DNA of 63,381 bases, filler included, from Choristocarpus tenellus KU-1152 (Eukaryota; Protista; Phaeophyceae): NCBI GenBank assembly GCA_964200185.2. It is 10 parts of 10 records of this genome, joined end to end, with 100 filler letters (N's around TTAATTAATTAA, not from the genome) between each part and the next. Parts side by side here need not be neighbours in the genome. Positions count along the whole stretch, not along the records: positions 11,890 to 18,979 come from CAXNAD020006723.1; positions 19,080 to 37,743 come from CAXNAD020000527.1; 8 more parts are not named here. One strand, given 5' to 3'. Numbering within the stretch: the first letter of the stretch is position 1; every line of letters starts with the position of its first letter. The notes beneath the pieces are model-generated. The model was not told the origin of the DNA, searched no databases, and saw nothing but the letters and a program-made list of their open reading frames with translations. Position numbers and translations under genes: made by a program. Of the stretch, positions 11,790 to 23,218 are shown piece after piece.

Positions 11790-11940
11790 NNNNNNNNNNN
11801 NNNNNNNNNNNNNNNNNNNNNNNNNNNNNNNNNTTAATTAATTAANNNNNNNNNNNNNNNNNNNNNNNNNNNNNNNNNNNNNNNNNNNNGGGGTTGGGGG
11901 GGTCGCTGCCGCGGCGCGTGGTGGGGCGCGGGGGGGGGGG

Positions 11941-11991
<51 letters not shown>

Positions 11992-12008
11992 GGGGGGGGG
12001 GGGGGGGG

Positions 12009-15000
12009 ATTCCGTGATCGCTTTGAGAGGACCATCATCCTTGAAATGCAACGGAAGCTTCAAGTGCACAGGTAACAAGCACGGTGAAAAGATCATTTTC
12101 TAAACTTAGTGGGTATCGGTCTGGTGTGTATATATATATGTTTGTCAAGGGCTGATTTAGATATCAGATATCAGTGTATGGTTCTTACAATTAGAGTGGA
12201 TTGTTAGGGTTAGGGTAAGGGAGAGGAAGAGTAAAAGTATCTTAGAGGGTACAAGTTTTGCCCTGTTTGTCCATTTGGGGCTTGGCCCTACATGGGTTCT
12301 TTTATGACATTTTTCCTACTCAAAAATGTTTAGGAGCAGGTAAATTGTATATATTATGAAAACGTGTCCGGAACATGGATGTTGACACATGCTAACAAAC
12401 ATGATAGCCAAAATAATAATGAAATCGCAACATTGGATTTTGGCCCCCAAATGGACGCGGCTCTACCCTCTAAGATACTTTGGCTCGGAAAGAAGTAAAA
12501 GAGACTGAAATTTGCAACCACATGCTCTGTAGTGCTTTATGAAAGCCCAGTGGCTTTGAATGCCATTGAAGTACTGGTCGTAAGATTTAATGTAGAAGCT
12601 CACGATACATGTTTTTTATTTTGGTCTTTTTGAGGTAGCAAGTATTTAAAATGTTCTTAACTCTGAATATCAAACACGGCTGTCAAAAAGGGGGGGTTTT
12701 AAGATTTCTGTCTTTTACATGGTTCTTTTGGAGACTATGTTTCAGAACTCAAATAAGTAAAAGCAAGAGTGGGCTATGGACAGACACAGCAATGTGTATT
12801 ACATGTGGTTTTAGAGTATATGCCCTTGGCCTAGGCACATGTGGACTGCTACAGCAGTCCTGGTCCACAGTCCTAGATGCAGTGACTGGAGTACTCCCAC
12901 CACACTAGATGCTGTTTGATGCTGTTTGTAAGTGTCCACGAATTACAGGAGGGGTGCCCAATCTCCTGAGAAAATTGAAAAAATTATTGTTCAAACGTTG
13001 AATATATGTTGTCCCAAGAAGAGAGGGCCTTCACTCAGCATTGATTAGAACAATAGTAATGTGAGGAAGAATTGAAGAGATATCGAAGAGATACAAAAGA
13101 GGATTATCGGTCATACCAAGTTAGTTTCACTTGAGATCAATAGTTAGTGGATGAATGCTATTGACTCAATGTGAAGTCCACTAAAAGTATTTTATGCTAT
13201 GTAGGTTTTGATTTTACGTGCAGTTCCTCTAGTCCAGTAATCTAACTAGTTTTTCACATTGTGATCTGTTGTTGTGACTACCACTGGGAGGGCTTTTATC
13301 CCCCCCTCCCCCTCTAGTGTACGTATTTAACACAAATGACACTGCAGGGGAACACTTTTTTATATCGGTTATATTATATGTTCCTTCTTTTTTATGAAAA
13401 ATCATAATCATGTACCAGTGCAAAATATATGGTTGTGAATAATGTGTATGCTAATTTTATCAATAATGTATGTTAATTTTATCAATAATGTATGTTAATT
13501 TTATCCCTGTGTGCAAGTAGAAGTACCATGATGCCTCCTGCCTTTTCCTTTCAATTTTCTGAATAATTAATTGCAGCCCCATCCCATCCTACACAGCAAA
13601 TACTGTCATTCCTCACAAGTGCTGCAAACTAGAACTACATTTTATACATGACATCATACACACATTTCCATTCATACAGTATGGTGTCCCAGGAGCGGCT
13701 TGTAGGGTGGCTACTCACGTTCTTTACTCCAAGTCAACAGGTTGTCCCTGCTATGTCCACAGACTTTGGATCAGTGCCAGGGGGGAATGCCTCGGGGTGA
13801 GATTGGAATCTTCAGCTAGGGAAGAGGGATGGGGGGTGGGAAATGGAGGGAGGGAATGTAAAGGACCCTCACATTTTATTTTTATGTTTCTGTTGTTTGA
13901 ACAGTTACTTCACACAGTGTACTAGGGGTCTGTATTCATTATTTAATGACTTGATATATGTACTGAAGGGTACCCTAGTAATACTAAGTAGTACTTTGTG
14001 TCTTAGGAACTTCTAAACTCAGAAATGTGACTATTTTAATATTTTTGGGTGTTGATCAATAGAATAATTTGTTTGTGGAGCAATTGACTGGGCTTTGGCA
14101 GTTGTGTTTGAAATACTGCTGACTATTGGGCACAACTTCTCCATCCGTACTTCTTGCATGTGGTATTTGTAACTACTAGGATATTTTGACAATAAAAGGC
14201 ATACCTGTTTGGGAATGCTTTGTGTGTACCTGTTGGAGGTGCTTGTTGATATATTTTAAGGAGCAAGCAGAAGGACCTGATTGCTGATTTTTGTTATGTT
14301 CAAAAGCTGGTTCTTGATATCTTGCCACCTTCATGCGCGGCTGAGTCACAATGCATTTCATAGCTTTCAATGATGATATGTTTGTACATCCCAGAGGGAT
14401 TAGCTTTGATGCTCACCAACGGAAGTACTCTCCATTTTGAAAAACTTGTTTCCATGTTGGCATTTGGCAATTTTGTGTGTGTTTTGTTAGGAGTAGTACT
14501 ATGCAGTCTTTTTAAAACTATGTATATAATATGGTCTTTGCTTGTGTGTTTTAGGGGAAGATATGCTGTGTTTCCCCGTGCACCTTCCCCTGCTTGAGAA
14601 TATTTTCAGCTGCCTCAAACTTGTCAGATATTTCTTAGAAATTGTGTGTGTGTACACGCTCGCGCCTTGGTTTTTATTTATTTGCCTTAAATACATCCTC
14701 ATTGTTCTGTGTGCATGAACTACCTATGTGTGGTTATGTCATTTTTTTGTTTCGTTTTTTGTTTCATTGTTTTGTGTGTTCACATGTGCCTACAAGACAT
14801 ACTAACACATACACACACTAACAGGAACTAACAGGCACTTGACCCTTTAAACCTTCCCAAACCCCCCACACGCACACTGCTGCACACCAGAGCATCCACT
14901 GCACCACCATCTCCCCCACTAGTTCCAACTTCAACGCCTTCGACATCTCGTACATCCCTTGCCATCAAAGCTGCAGGGTTGAGGACAGTGAAGGTACATA

Positions 15001-16589
15001 CAAGGGTCAACCAAAATGGTTTTTATTACCCATGTAGTCAGTAGCATGATTTGGGGAGGTTGTAAATCCCATGCGACTTTGGAGGGGCATTTCATGCTAC
15101 CTGACACTTGGTGTATTTATGGTGTGTTTATGCTGTGTTTATGCTGGCGCTTCTCGAAAATGTTTGTCTGTTTTCCCAGGGCAACAAGTTTACCTCAAGG
15201 TTGAGGTGCCTATGAGCACACTTTAGTGTGTAAAAAGGGTCCATGTGTCGCATTGATGAGTATATATATATAAACCCAAACTACCGTACTAAAGGTAGCA
15301 TTCTCATTCTCCCCCACCTACCCTCTGCTGTTGTTGAATTGCAACTGCTATGAAGGCAAAGCGGCGATGGTGTGTGTTAGATGCTACTCGATTAACATAT
15401 TACAGAAGTCGTAGCACAACTAGGGTGAAAGGACACGTCATCATGGACCCCAGGCAGGTGTACCTAGTAACACCACCTTTTGTGGTCCGCCCTGGAAATA
15501 CTTCTACGGAACATGATGCTGTGGCGCTGGTGTGCTCGTCTATGCCCCCAGAGATGGGTACTATGGTCATACGAGCAGAACAGGCATGTGATATCTGTGA
15601 TAGCAGAACGTTTTGTCTTGCTTTCATCCTTTTCCCCCAGCCCAAATTCCTTCATCACAACCTTGCTTCAGTTGTGTGTGTGTGTGTATGTGTTTGTGTG
15701 TGTGTGACTTAGTTGCTGATGTTTGCATGAAGCAGTACAGTCGTTCTTTTATGCTTTGACATTTTTTCTAGAATTGGGTCAGATTGAAGAGGTTAAGTGA
15801 CGAGTTATCCATGTGTATGGGGTCTAGATGGACGGTGTTACAACTTCCATGGTGGTATAAATATATCTCATGTGGGGTCAGGAGATGGGAGAATGCCCAA
15901 TGTTATCTAGACAACATACTTGTACTGACTTTTGCTTGTGGTTGGGTGACAGGACATGCAGTGTAGTTGAGAACTCCAGTCGAAAGTGAACAGTACTGAT
16001 AGGGTTCTATCAAAGTCTCAATTTCTGGGATGTTTAATTTGGTTTGTCTTGGTGTGCCCTTCCACAAAGTGTTAAGCGAGAGATAGCTCACTAAAGATGA
16101 CCATCTGCTGAGGACAGTGAGGTCACCATGTACTTCCCAGTGCTCCCTCTGCCATCATCTTGCTTTTGTTCCAACCAGACTGATGTATATATATATATTG
16201 CCGCTGCCCAGTCCCGTTGTTACTATATCTGCCAGATATATCTTCCTTGTGTACTCGACACTCAAACCTAACACTACCTAACACAGAGTTCTTTCACAAT
16301 CTGTAACTAAGCTGTCCATTCCGTGTTTTGCTTCACCACCAACAGTGCAGTGCACCAGAGTCTTGCCATGTTCATCCCCATCCCTTTCCCCCCCCCAAAC
16401 ATCTCTTCTTATCCTTTACTGTATTGACTGAGATGCGAGACTCGTACAGTCCTAACTGTGCTGCTGCTGTACCCTCACTATTTGTTATGGCAGATGGGGA
16501 AACATGACCACTGGGTGCGTGCTCTTGCGGCAAGGCTAACTCCAAAAGAGCACCAAGATCGAATGGTGGCGATCTATGGGGGGGATTGA
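12009..16589 (+). CDS. PH-domain-containing protein, 3' part. Exons ~12009-12071, 13680-13796, 14261-~14340, 14835-14993, 15357-15583, 16494-16589
   Basis: AKRRWCVLDATRLTYYRSRSTTRVKGHV...TMVIRAEQ joined to MGKHDHWVRALAA gives PH beta strands plus the C-terminal W-containing helix. The first three exons are phase-compatible. The middle junctions are uncertain. Confidence 0.75.
12229..12486 (-). mobile_element. MITE subfamily A (258 bp), intronic, flanked by GGAA/GGAA
   Basis: GAGTAAAAGTATCTTAGAGGGTAC...TACCCTCTAAGATACTTTGGCTC. Confidence 0.92.
13441..13505. repeat. 22-bp tandem repeat x3 (AATGTATGTTAATTTTATCAAT)
   Basis: Direct inspection. Confidence 0.85.
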
Positions 16590-17814
16590 TTAGTGTAGAG
16601 AGATTTCATGTATTGTGTTCGTAGGGGGGGTGGGGAAGGGGAGGTGGTGGTAGAGGGCCAATTGTTATTCCGAGGTGATTTTTGTTTTGTTTTTGTGTGA
16701 TAGTCCGACCCTTGATACCCTTGATACCCCTGATGTCAGCCACTGAATACCTTACACCTGGTAAATATAAGACCTCATTTGATTAACAGATCCGCCATCA
16801 CACATTTTTTTTACCGTTATCCAAAACTGTCGATTCCGTCGCCTTGAGGGGCGAAGGAATCCTTTTTTGTATTTGCCAGCAGCATTTGGAATAAAATAAT
16901 AAAATACCTGAATGTAGACTAGGCAGGACAAAATAAAATATATTATACATATATATTTTTATTTGGAAATCCTACACCTGGTCAATAGGGGCCTTTGCCA
17001 CTGCAAGTGACGCAAAATGTATATTATAGTTTTTTTTACGTTCATCTTGAGCAACATATCACGGCATATTTAGGTCATGCAGTGACCCTTTTTTATTGAT
17101 CACAAGGTCTAATGATGCCTCAATCAAGAATTTGGGACTGAGCATGATGAAAAGCACAAAACCTGACTACTACTACTACTACTACTACTATCCATAAATG
17201 TGCAAGTTGTATGCGCAATCTTCCTTTGGCAGTAGACAATGTCTCTGGAGTATCTTACAGGAAATATCTGCATGAATTGACAGCTTAGCAAACGGTATCA
17301 CCAAGTCTGGTGGACCAAACATTGCATATACTTTTGAGTAGATTCCAGTACTATAAATACTTCAAAACCTCAGGCCTCAATCCTGTTTTTGTGTTGAAAT
17401 CAGAGGGGTTGATTTAATTTGGTTGTGATCTACAGCAGACCAATTTTTTGTTGCCTTCTGTACCCTTGCTGAAAGACTATGATTATGTAATAGTGTACGC
17501 AACTCCACAAGACAGTTTTAACAAGGTTTTACAAGAACCATGATCAAGCAATGGGCGTTTGGCATGGTTGTTGACATACATTTCATTCCTCAACACCTAC
17601 ACCTGAAATTGGGAATGAAAAGTGTCTGATAATACTCATCTTCATATACTATGATACTCTCTTGTTGAACTCCCATTCAATGTCTGGTGTCCATTCCCCC
17701 CTCTCTTTCCCTTGGTCTACAAGCACATAGATTAGAGGCCACCTTGCTCTTTCTACATAGGACTAACTGCGTGCCTTTGAACTCACGTGGCAATAAACAC
17801 CAGGGCTTTTCGTT

Positions 17815-18372
17815 GGACCGGGTAAGTGTGAATGGACTTGTACCGTGGTCAGGTCCTGGTGAAATATGATTCAACAGGACCACCGGTACAGGGCCGTCAA
17901 AGATTCAACCAGACCAGCCTGCGGCCTGGTCCCTGTGAAATTTGTTTCAGTAAGGTTGCCCGGTCCAAGATCGTATAACATTTCAACCGAACCGGTCGTG
18001 CTCCTGTGAAATATGGTTGGTTGATCATGGCTGGTCCAGGACCGTCAAAGATCGTATCCAGCCCAGGTCGCAGACTGCAGACTCTTCAAAACAGTTTCGA
18101 ACCGCCACTAACTTAAAATAATGTCGTTATGAGGAACCGTGCACCTAATACATTGATAAAACACATCTATTCCCACATATATGTATTTATTTGGGGCGTT
18201 TGGACAGGGTCAGTCGGACCCTTCTTGACCTGGTCAGTCCGGTTGAAGTACTATTTTAACAAGGGTCGCCAGAGGTCTGAAACCGACCTGGCAGAGGGCT
18301 GGCCCAATAAATATGTTTCAACAGGGCAGGTCCCGAGTCACCAAAGCTTCCAAGCAGACCGGGTCCTGGGCT
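17815..18372. repeat. Degenerate ~73-bp tandem repeat region rich in GGACCG/GGTCC motifs
   Basis: GTGAAATWTG at ~17859, 17935 and 18006. CCGTCAAAGAT at ~17894 and 18043. Confidence 0.6.
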
Positions 18373-18775
18373 AGGGATTTTGTTTTTTAAGGCATGTACA
18401 GTGCAGTCAGATATTCTAATTGAACTAGGGCGCAGACTGTCTCCAGCCCTAGTTCGTTTGCCTATTCCTCTTAACTTCCAGTGGTTTCGAAAAGCACTAA
18501 TACCTACTACCCAGAAGAAAAATAGAAATGGGTGAAAAAGATATGGACAGTGAAACATGTATTCCATTTACCTTGCATTTTTGTTCTAGCCTTTATATTG
18601 GCTTCTGAACAGTAGTCAGTTTTGTGGTGTTCGGCTGAGTGCAAAGAGAAATAGGAATACTCCTAAATAGCCTGAGTTCAAAAAAATATGTAACTACCAA
18701 TATACGCCTCACATACATTCTCTTTCCTTTTTTGTTATATTAATCCTACTCTATACTATATACTTTGTACTATAT

Positions 18776-18952
18776 GACCCAAAGTATTTTGGGGGGGGGG
18801 GGGTCTACACCAGGGTGTCCATTTGGACCAACACCAGGAAAAGTGCATTTTCATTATCCATCCAACGTATGGAACCAAATCACCAAAAAAATTGCGACAC
18901 GAAAAATTCAGCTCCAAATGGACAGTCACCCCCCCCACAGGTAGTTTGAGCC
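18776..18952 (+). mobile_element. MITE subfamily B
   Basis: GACCCAAAGTATTTTGGG...GTCTACACCAGGGTGTCCATTTGGACC...GGTAGTTTGAGCC. Confidence 0.88.
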
Positions 18953-19180
18953 AGGGTCAAGAACGGACGGCGGCACCCCNNNNNNNNNNNNNNNNNNNNN
19001 NNNNNNNNNNNNNNNNNNNNNNNTTAATTAATTAANNNNNNNNNNNNNNNNNNNNNNNNNNNNNNNNNNNNNNNNNNNNCATTCGCACTGGTTGGTCATC
19101 AAATGGGGAATAGAAGATAGAGGAATAAGAAAATAGGAATATGCAAAATAATAATAATAATCCAGAATTCGTGAGCAAAA

Positions 19181-19327
19181 CAAAGTGTGTATATTATGAA
19201 AAGGTGTGCCCGGAACAAAGATATTGACACTGTTTAATTAATATGATATCCAAAATTACATAAAAATCGCGACATTGGAGTTTGGCCCCCAAATGGACAC
19301 GACTGTACCCTCTAAGATACTTTGGCA
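19181..19327 (-). mobile_element. MITE subfamily A, partial
   Basis: ...GGCCCCCAAATGGACACGACTGTACCCTCTAAGATACTTTG. Confidence 0.85.
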
Positions 19328-19679
19328 AAGCCATAGCTTTCGAATGAATGGGAGGAAATCCAAAACTCATTGCCTGGATGCGGATAGTCCTAGTCTGGGG
19401 CTTACAGGCCTAACATGATCAAGGTGGTACACAGTGAGATTACATATGTCAGCCAACACACTATATTTACATAGAAGATTGCAATCCCAGCCAGTCAAAG
19501 ACACATCGATTGTTTAGTGCTCTACATCAATACATGAGTGACATATTGACACCATTTGGAGAACTCCATCAATCTCACCCAGCCGAAGCCATCAATCTGG
19601 TCACTTTTCGCATAATATCCACTTCCAGGCCAAAGCGGCCGCCTTCTTTAGTGGACCCACTCCCACACCAATACGCTCC

Positions 19680-19902
19680 ATCTCCATCTATGACAAACCA
19701 CATTCCTCTAAAACACTCTACATTAATTCTTCCAAGAACACCTCACAATAGTATTAGTCCAAAGCACTCCACCTCCTTCCACTCCCATAACATGCCTTTG
19801 AAATAGAAGACATCTACTACCCTGCCCGACCTTGAACTCTCTCCCCCTCCACCAACATCCCACTCAGTCGTGAGCAATCGGGAGGGTGGGTGGGTGGGAA
19901 AG
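19680..19902. repeat. Dispersed repeat shared with 57980-58225 (possible retroelement 3' end)
   Basis: Shared blocks AAGAACACC..ACAATA, TCCACTCCC, CATGCCTT..AA.TAGAAGACATCT and CAACATCCCACTCA.TCGTGA.CAAT in the same order in both places. Confidence 0.75.
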
Positions 19903-20082
19903 ATCGCCCAAAGGTTTCCTTGACCCCGCCCCCCTACTCTTTCCTCAAAACCTTTTGGCTTCGTCCTTTTCTTCAACCCTTCCTCAACCTCTACCTTCCC
20001 AATGCCCTTCATTTCTATATATGTCCCGACGACCAACTCTACCATCCACTTTTAAACCTTTTTTCCGCCTTCCTCACCTTTT

Positions 20083-20340
20083 GAGTGAAAGTACCTAAGA
20101 GGGTAAGAATTTTGTCCTATTTGTCCATGTGGGGCTTCGCTTTCTATGGGTTTTTATTGACATTTTACCTACTCCAAAATGATTCTGAGTAGGTAAAATG
20201 TATACGTTATGAAAAGGAGTGTCCAGACAAGGAGATTGACATCTCCTAATAAAAATGATAGTCAAAATTACATCAAAATTGCAACATTGGATTTTGGTCC
20301 ACAAATGGATGCGGCTGTACCCTCTAAGATACTTCGGCTC
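20083..20340 (-). mobile_element. MITE subfamily A (258 bp)
   Basis: GAGTGAAAGTACCTAAGAGGGT...GTACCCTCTAAGATACTTCGGCTC. Confidence 0.92.
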
Positions 20341-20533
20341 CTTTCCATCTTCTTATCAGAAGGTCAAATGATTTGCTTGCCAACCAAAACGAATTGTGAG
20401 GTACACACAAAATACTCAGATAACTTCATGAACTATTACAACATATTGATTGTCAGACATGTAGTATTGTTATCCAAGAAGATAATGGATCAAAGGTAAG
20501 TTTGCTGTCATATTTACCTGAACATTTAGAAGT

Positions 20534-20715
20534 GACCCAGAGTATCCGTGGGAGGGGGACGGTCTACACCAGGGTGTGTCCGTTTGGGTCAAAACCAGGA
20601 AAAGTGCACTTACATTATCCATTCGACGTATGTAACCAAATCATCCAAAAATCGCGACATTAAAAAATAATACCCCAAATGGACAGCCGCCCCTGCCTCC
20701 CAGATACTTTGAACC
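20534..20715 (+). mobile_element. MITE subfamily B
   Basis: GACCCAGAGTATCC...CCCAGATACTTTGAACC. Confidence 0.9.
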
Positions 20716-23218
20716 ATTGATGGTGTATCATGTTTTCTCACATGGAATAGTCCAATCAACTATAATGATTGGTCATTGAGAGTTTAGAATACATAAAACC
20801 ATACCTTCGAACATGGCAAATGGCATATCAATAACACCAAGTAGTGCTGATACACTTGTAGACATCATTGGTGAAGTAGATCAGGAAAGGTAGAGTCAAT
20901 TATGTTTTCATTTATTCTCGGTTTAGCTCTACCCCCATATCACTTACCGTAGGGGAAGTATTGGATTTCTGTTCATGTAGTATCATAAGATACTTGTGAT
21001 CCAGTAATAGTACTCTTTTCTGGTTATCATACGGACATACTGCACATCCCACATGGTAGCTCACACCTGTCTATCACCCCAACAGCTTCAGTCAAATCGA
21101 GATCCAAAGTCCCTTGCGACATGAATACTATCTATTCAAACCAAGTCAGGTACAGTCCTCTTCCAAATCGCGTCACAGTCCATGCTAACAGAGGTCGCAA
21201 CAATATTGCTGGTGGCATCCATGTGGTGAAAAACTTAGGTCGATAGTCGGCAATGGTTGGAAGCAGTGGTTACCTCTCTTGCGTGTGTGCGACGAACTGT
21301 AAGGTAGTAGTGAGGAGATTGACGTGTTGCACATCAGTGAGATCACCCAATATTCCTTGCTGTACTGGTGGACAACTTTGGCGGTCTATCAAGTCTTTCG
21401 TCTTTTATTGGGGCCATCTTCTAATTATGATGAAAGTGCGGCAAGAAATATTTCGGTGCGATTTAAGGCCAGGTGACAAACGGCCAATCACATAATGGTG
21501 GGCAACATGAAATGAATCCAAACCCAGATGGTGAAAATTGGTGTTCACCCTTCCACACACATTTCCAGACTGTTCTCCTTGACTTCCTCTAGCTTCTTCC
21601 TCCCACAATGCCATCTTCTCTCAACAACAGTCTTACCAGAGGTTCACATCTATTTTCTGCAAACAATGGTTATAGAGACATCTCTATATTTGTGTTCAAA
21701 ATAGGCATCTTCCATCTCTCATTCTCACTTTTCAAGTTTTACAATCTTGACAGGTACCACCAATAATATTATGTATTCTACACTGCTGGGTGTTCATTAA
21801 TGTGTTGACATCTCTATCATCCAAACTGTGATGACATTTACTTCCGTCTTGAAGGTCTTCTCATTTTCAAAGTCACAGCCTCCTAATGGAGGTAGGCTGC
21901 ATTTCAGGCATGTGAACGTTTGTCTTGCTGAAGATTGCGATAGCCCTGAATATTCAAGCGGGCCTAAGTAGGCCCTTTGAAAGATAAGATGACCCCGGTC
22001 ATTGTGGGTAAAAACTAAATGGATACCAATTGATTAGTTCACACACTACCATACACATGACTCAATGGTACTCCAACATATTTTGCGAATTTTGTCAACA
22101 AGGAGATCGAAGCACCATGAAAGAGATACACAGAGAATATATTATACGTAGAAAAATGGAGAAAAACGAGAACACATATTTCACACCAATGACTAGTAAT
22201 TATTTGATCCCAAGAGATGAGCAATTGACATAATATTTCATCCATCATTGAAGATGTATGAAGTATGTACCTGTAGGGCTGAAGGGTATCAGCTTCTTAA
22301 CTGTTCAACTACAGAAAAAAAACCCGGTAAGGCAGTAGCAAATGTGTTCTAATGTTTACCACAGTACAACACAAAAAATACATGAAGGGATGAGGCATAC
22401 ATCAGGTAGCTTTGTAGCACCTCCTAGAGCTCCACCATTCAACAATGGATGCTCACACAAGCAACACATATGAAACAAATTTTAAACTACCTTTGAAATA
22501 TCAATAAGAGTATCATGCAATTGCAATGCTCCCCCCTAGCCAGGTGTTGTCTAACGACACAAGATATCTCTTGCTGTGATAGTGACGGGATGATACCGAC
22601 CGAGCCTATCACTCCCCTAGATCTGTGAAAAGTGAGAAAAATTAATGCCCTCCAATCCACCCACATGCAATTTGTGTCATCAAGGCACATTGTATCTGAA
22701 ACCAGGATTCACATTAAACATCAAAGGACATCCACCTATGATCAATTACCTATCAACTCCAACAAACACTTGTGAACTCAGAACACAGAAAATAACCGAA
22801 ACCTCCATACCGACCAAATAAATACTATACATGACAAGCAACCCACCAGTTCTCCCCCACGATACACATACCCAATTAAAATAGCTATTTGCAATCTTAA
22901 CTGTTATAGTACGGGTAGTGTTTGCTGCTCATATAGTGCTTTGCAGACAGACGATGGGAATATGAACCCACCAGAGGACATGAACTGTGTTTTTAAGAAG
23001 TCAGCCTCCCACCCAACTCACACTTAGCACCTTGAAACATACACCATTTCGATATGCCTCCTGCATACCATTCCCTCCATGTCCATACCAATTGACCTAT
23101 AAAATGTTTATAATAGTAGAGTGACCATCTATCTGCATATTACTTATTAATGGATGTTCTGGAAACAAAAAATAGGTTACAAAAACTACAGGTAAGATAG
23201 CATGCACGTAGAAAGCTA

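Noticed and set aside
11889-12008. Poly-Pro/poly-Gly ORFs
   Set aside because: A long G homopolymer at a contig start, likely a sequencing or assembly artefact or an intronic tract.
21000-21640. Possible coding relic on the minus strand
   Set aside because: All frames are interrupted and no recognisable motif was found.
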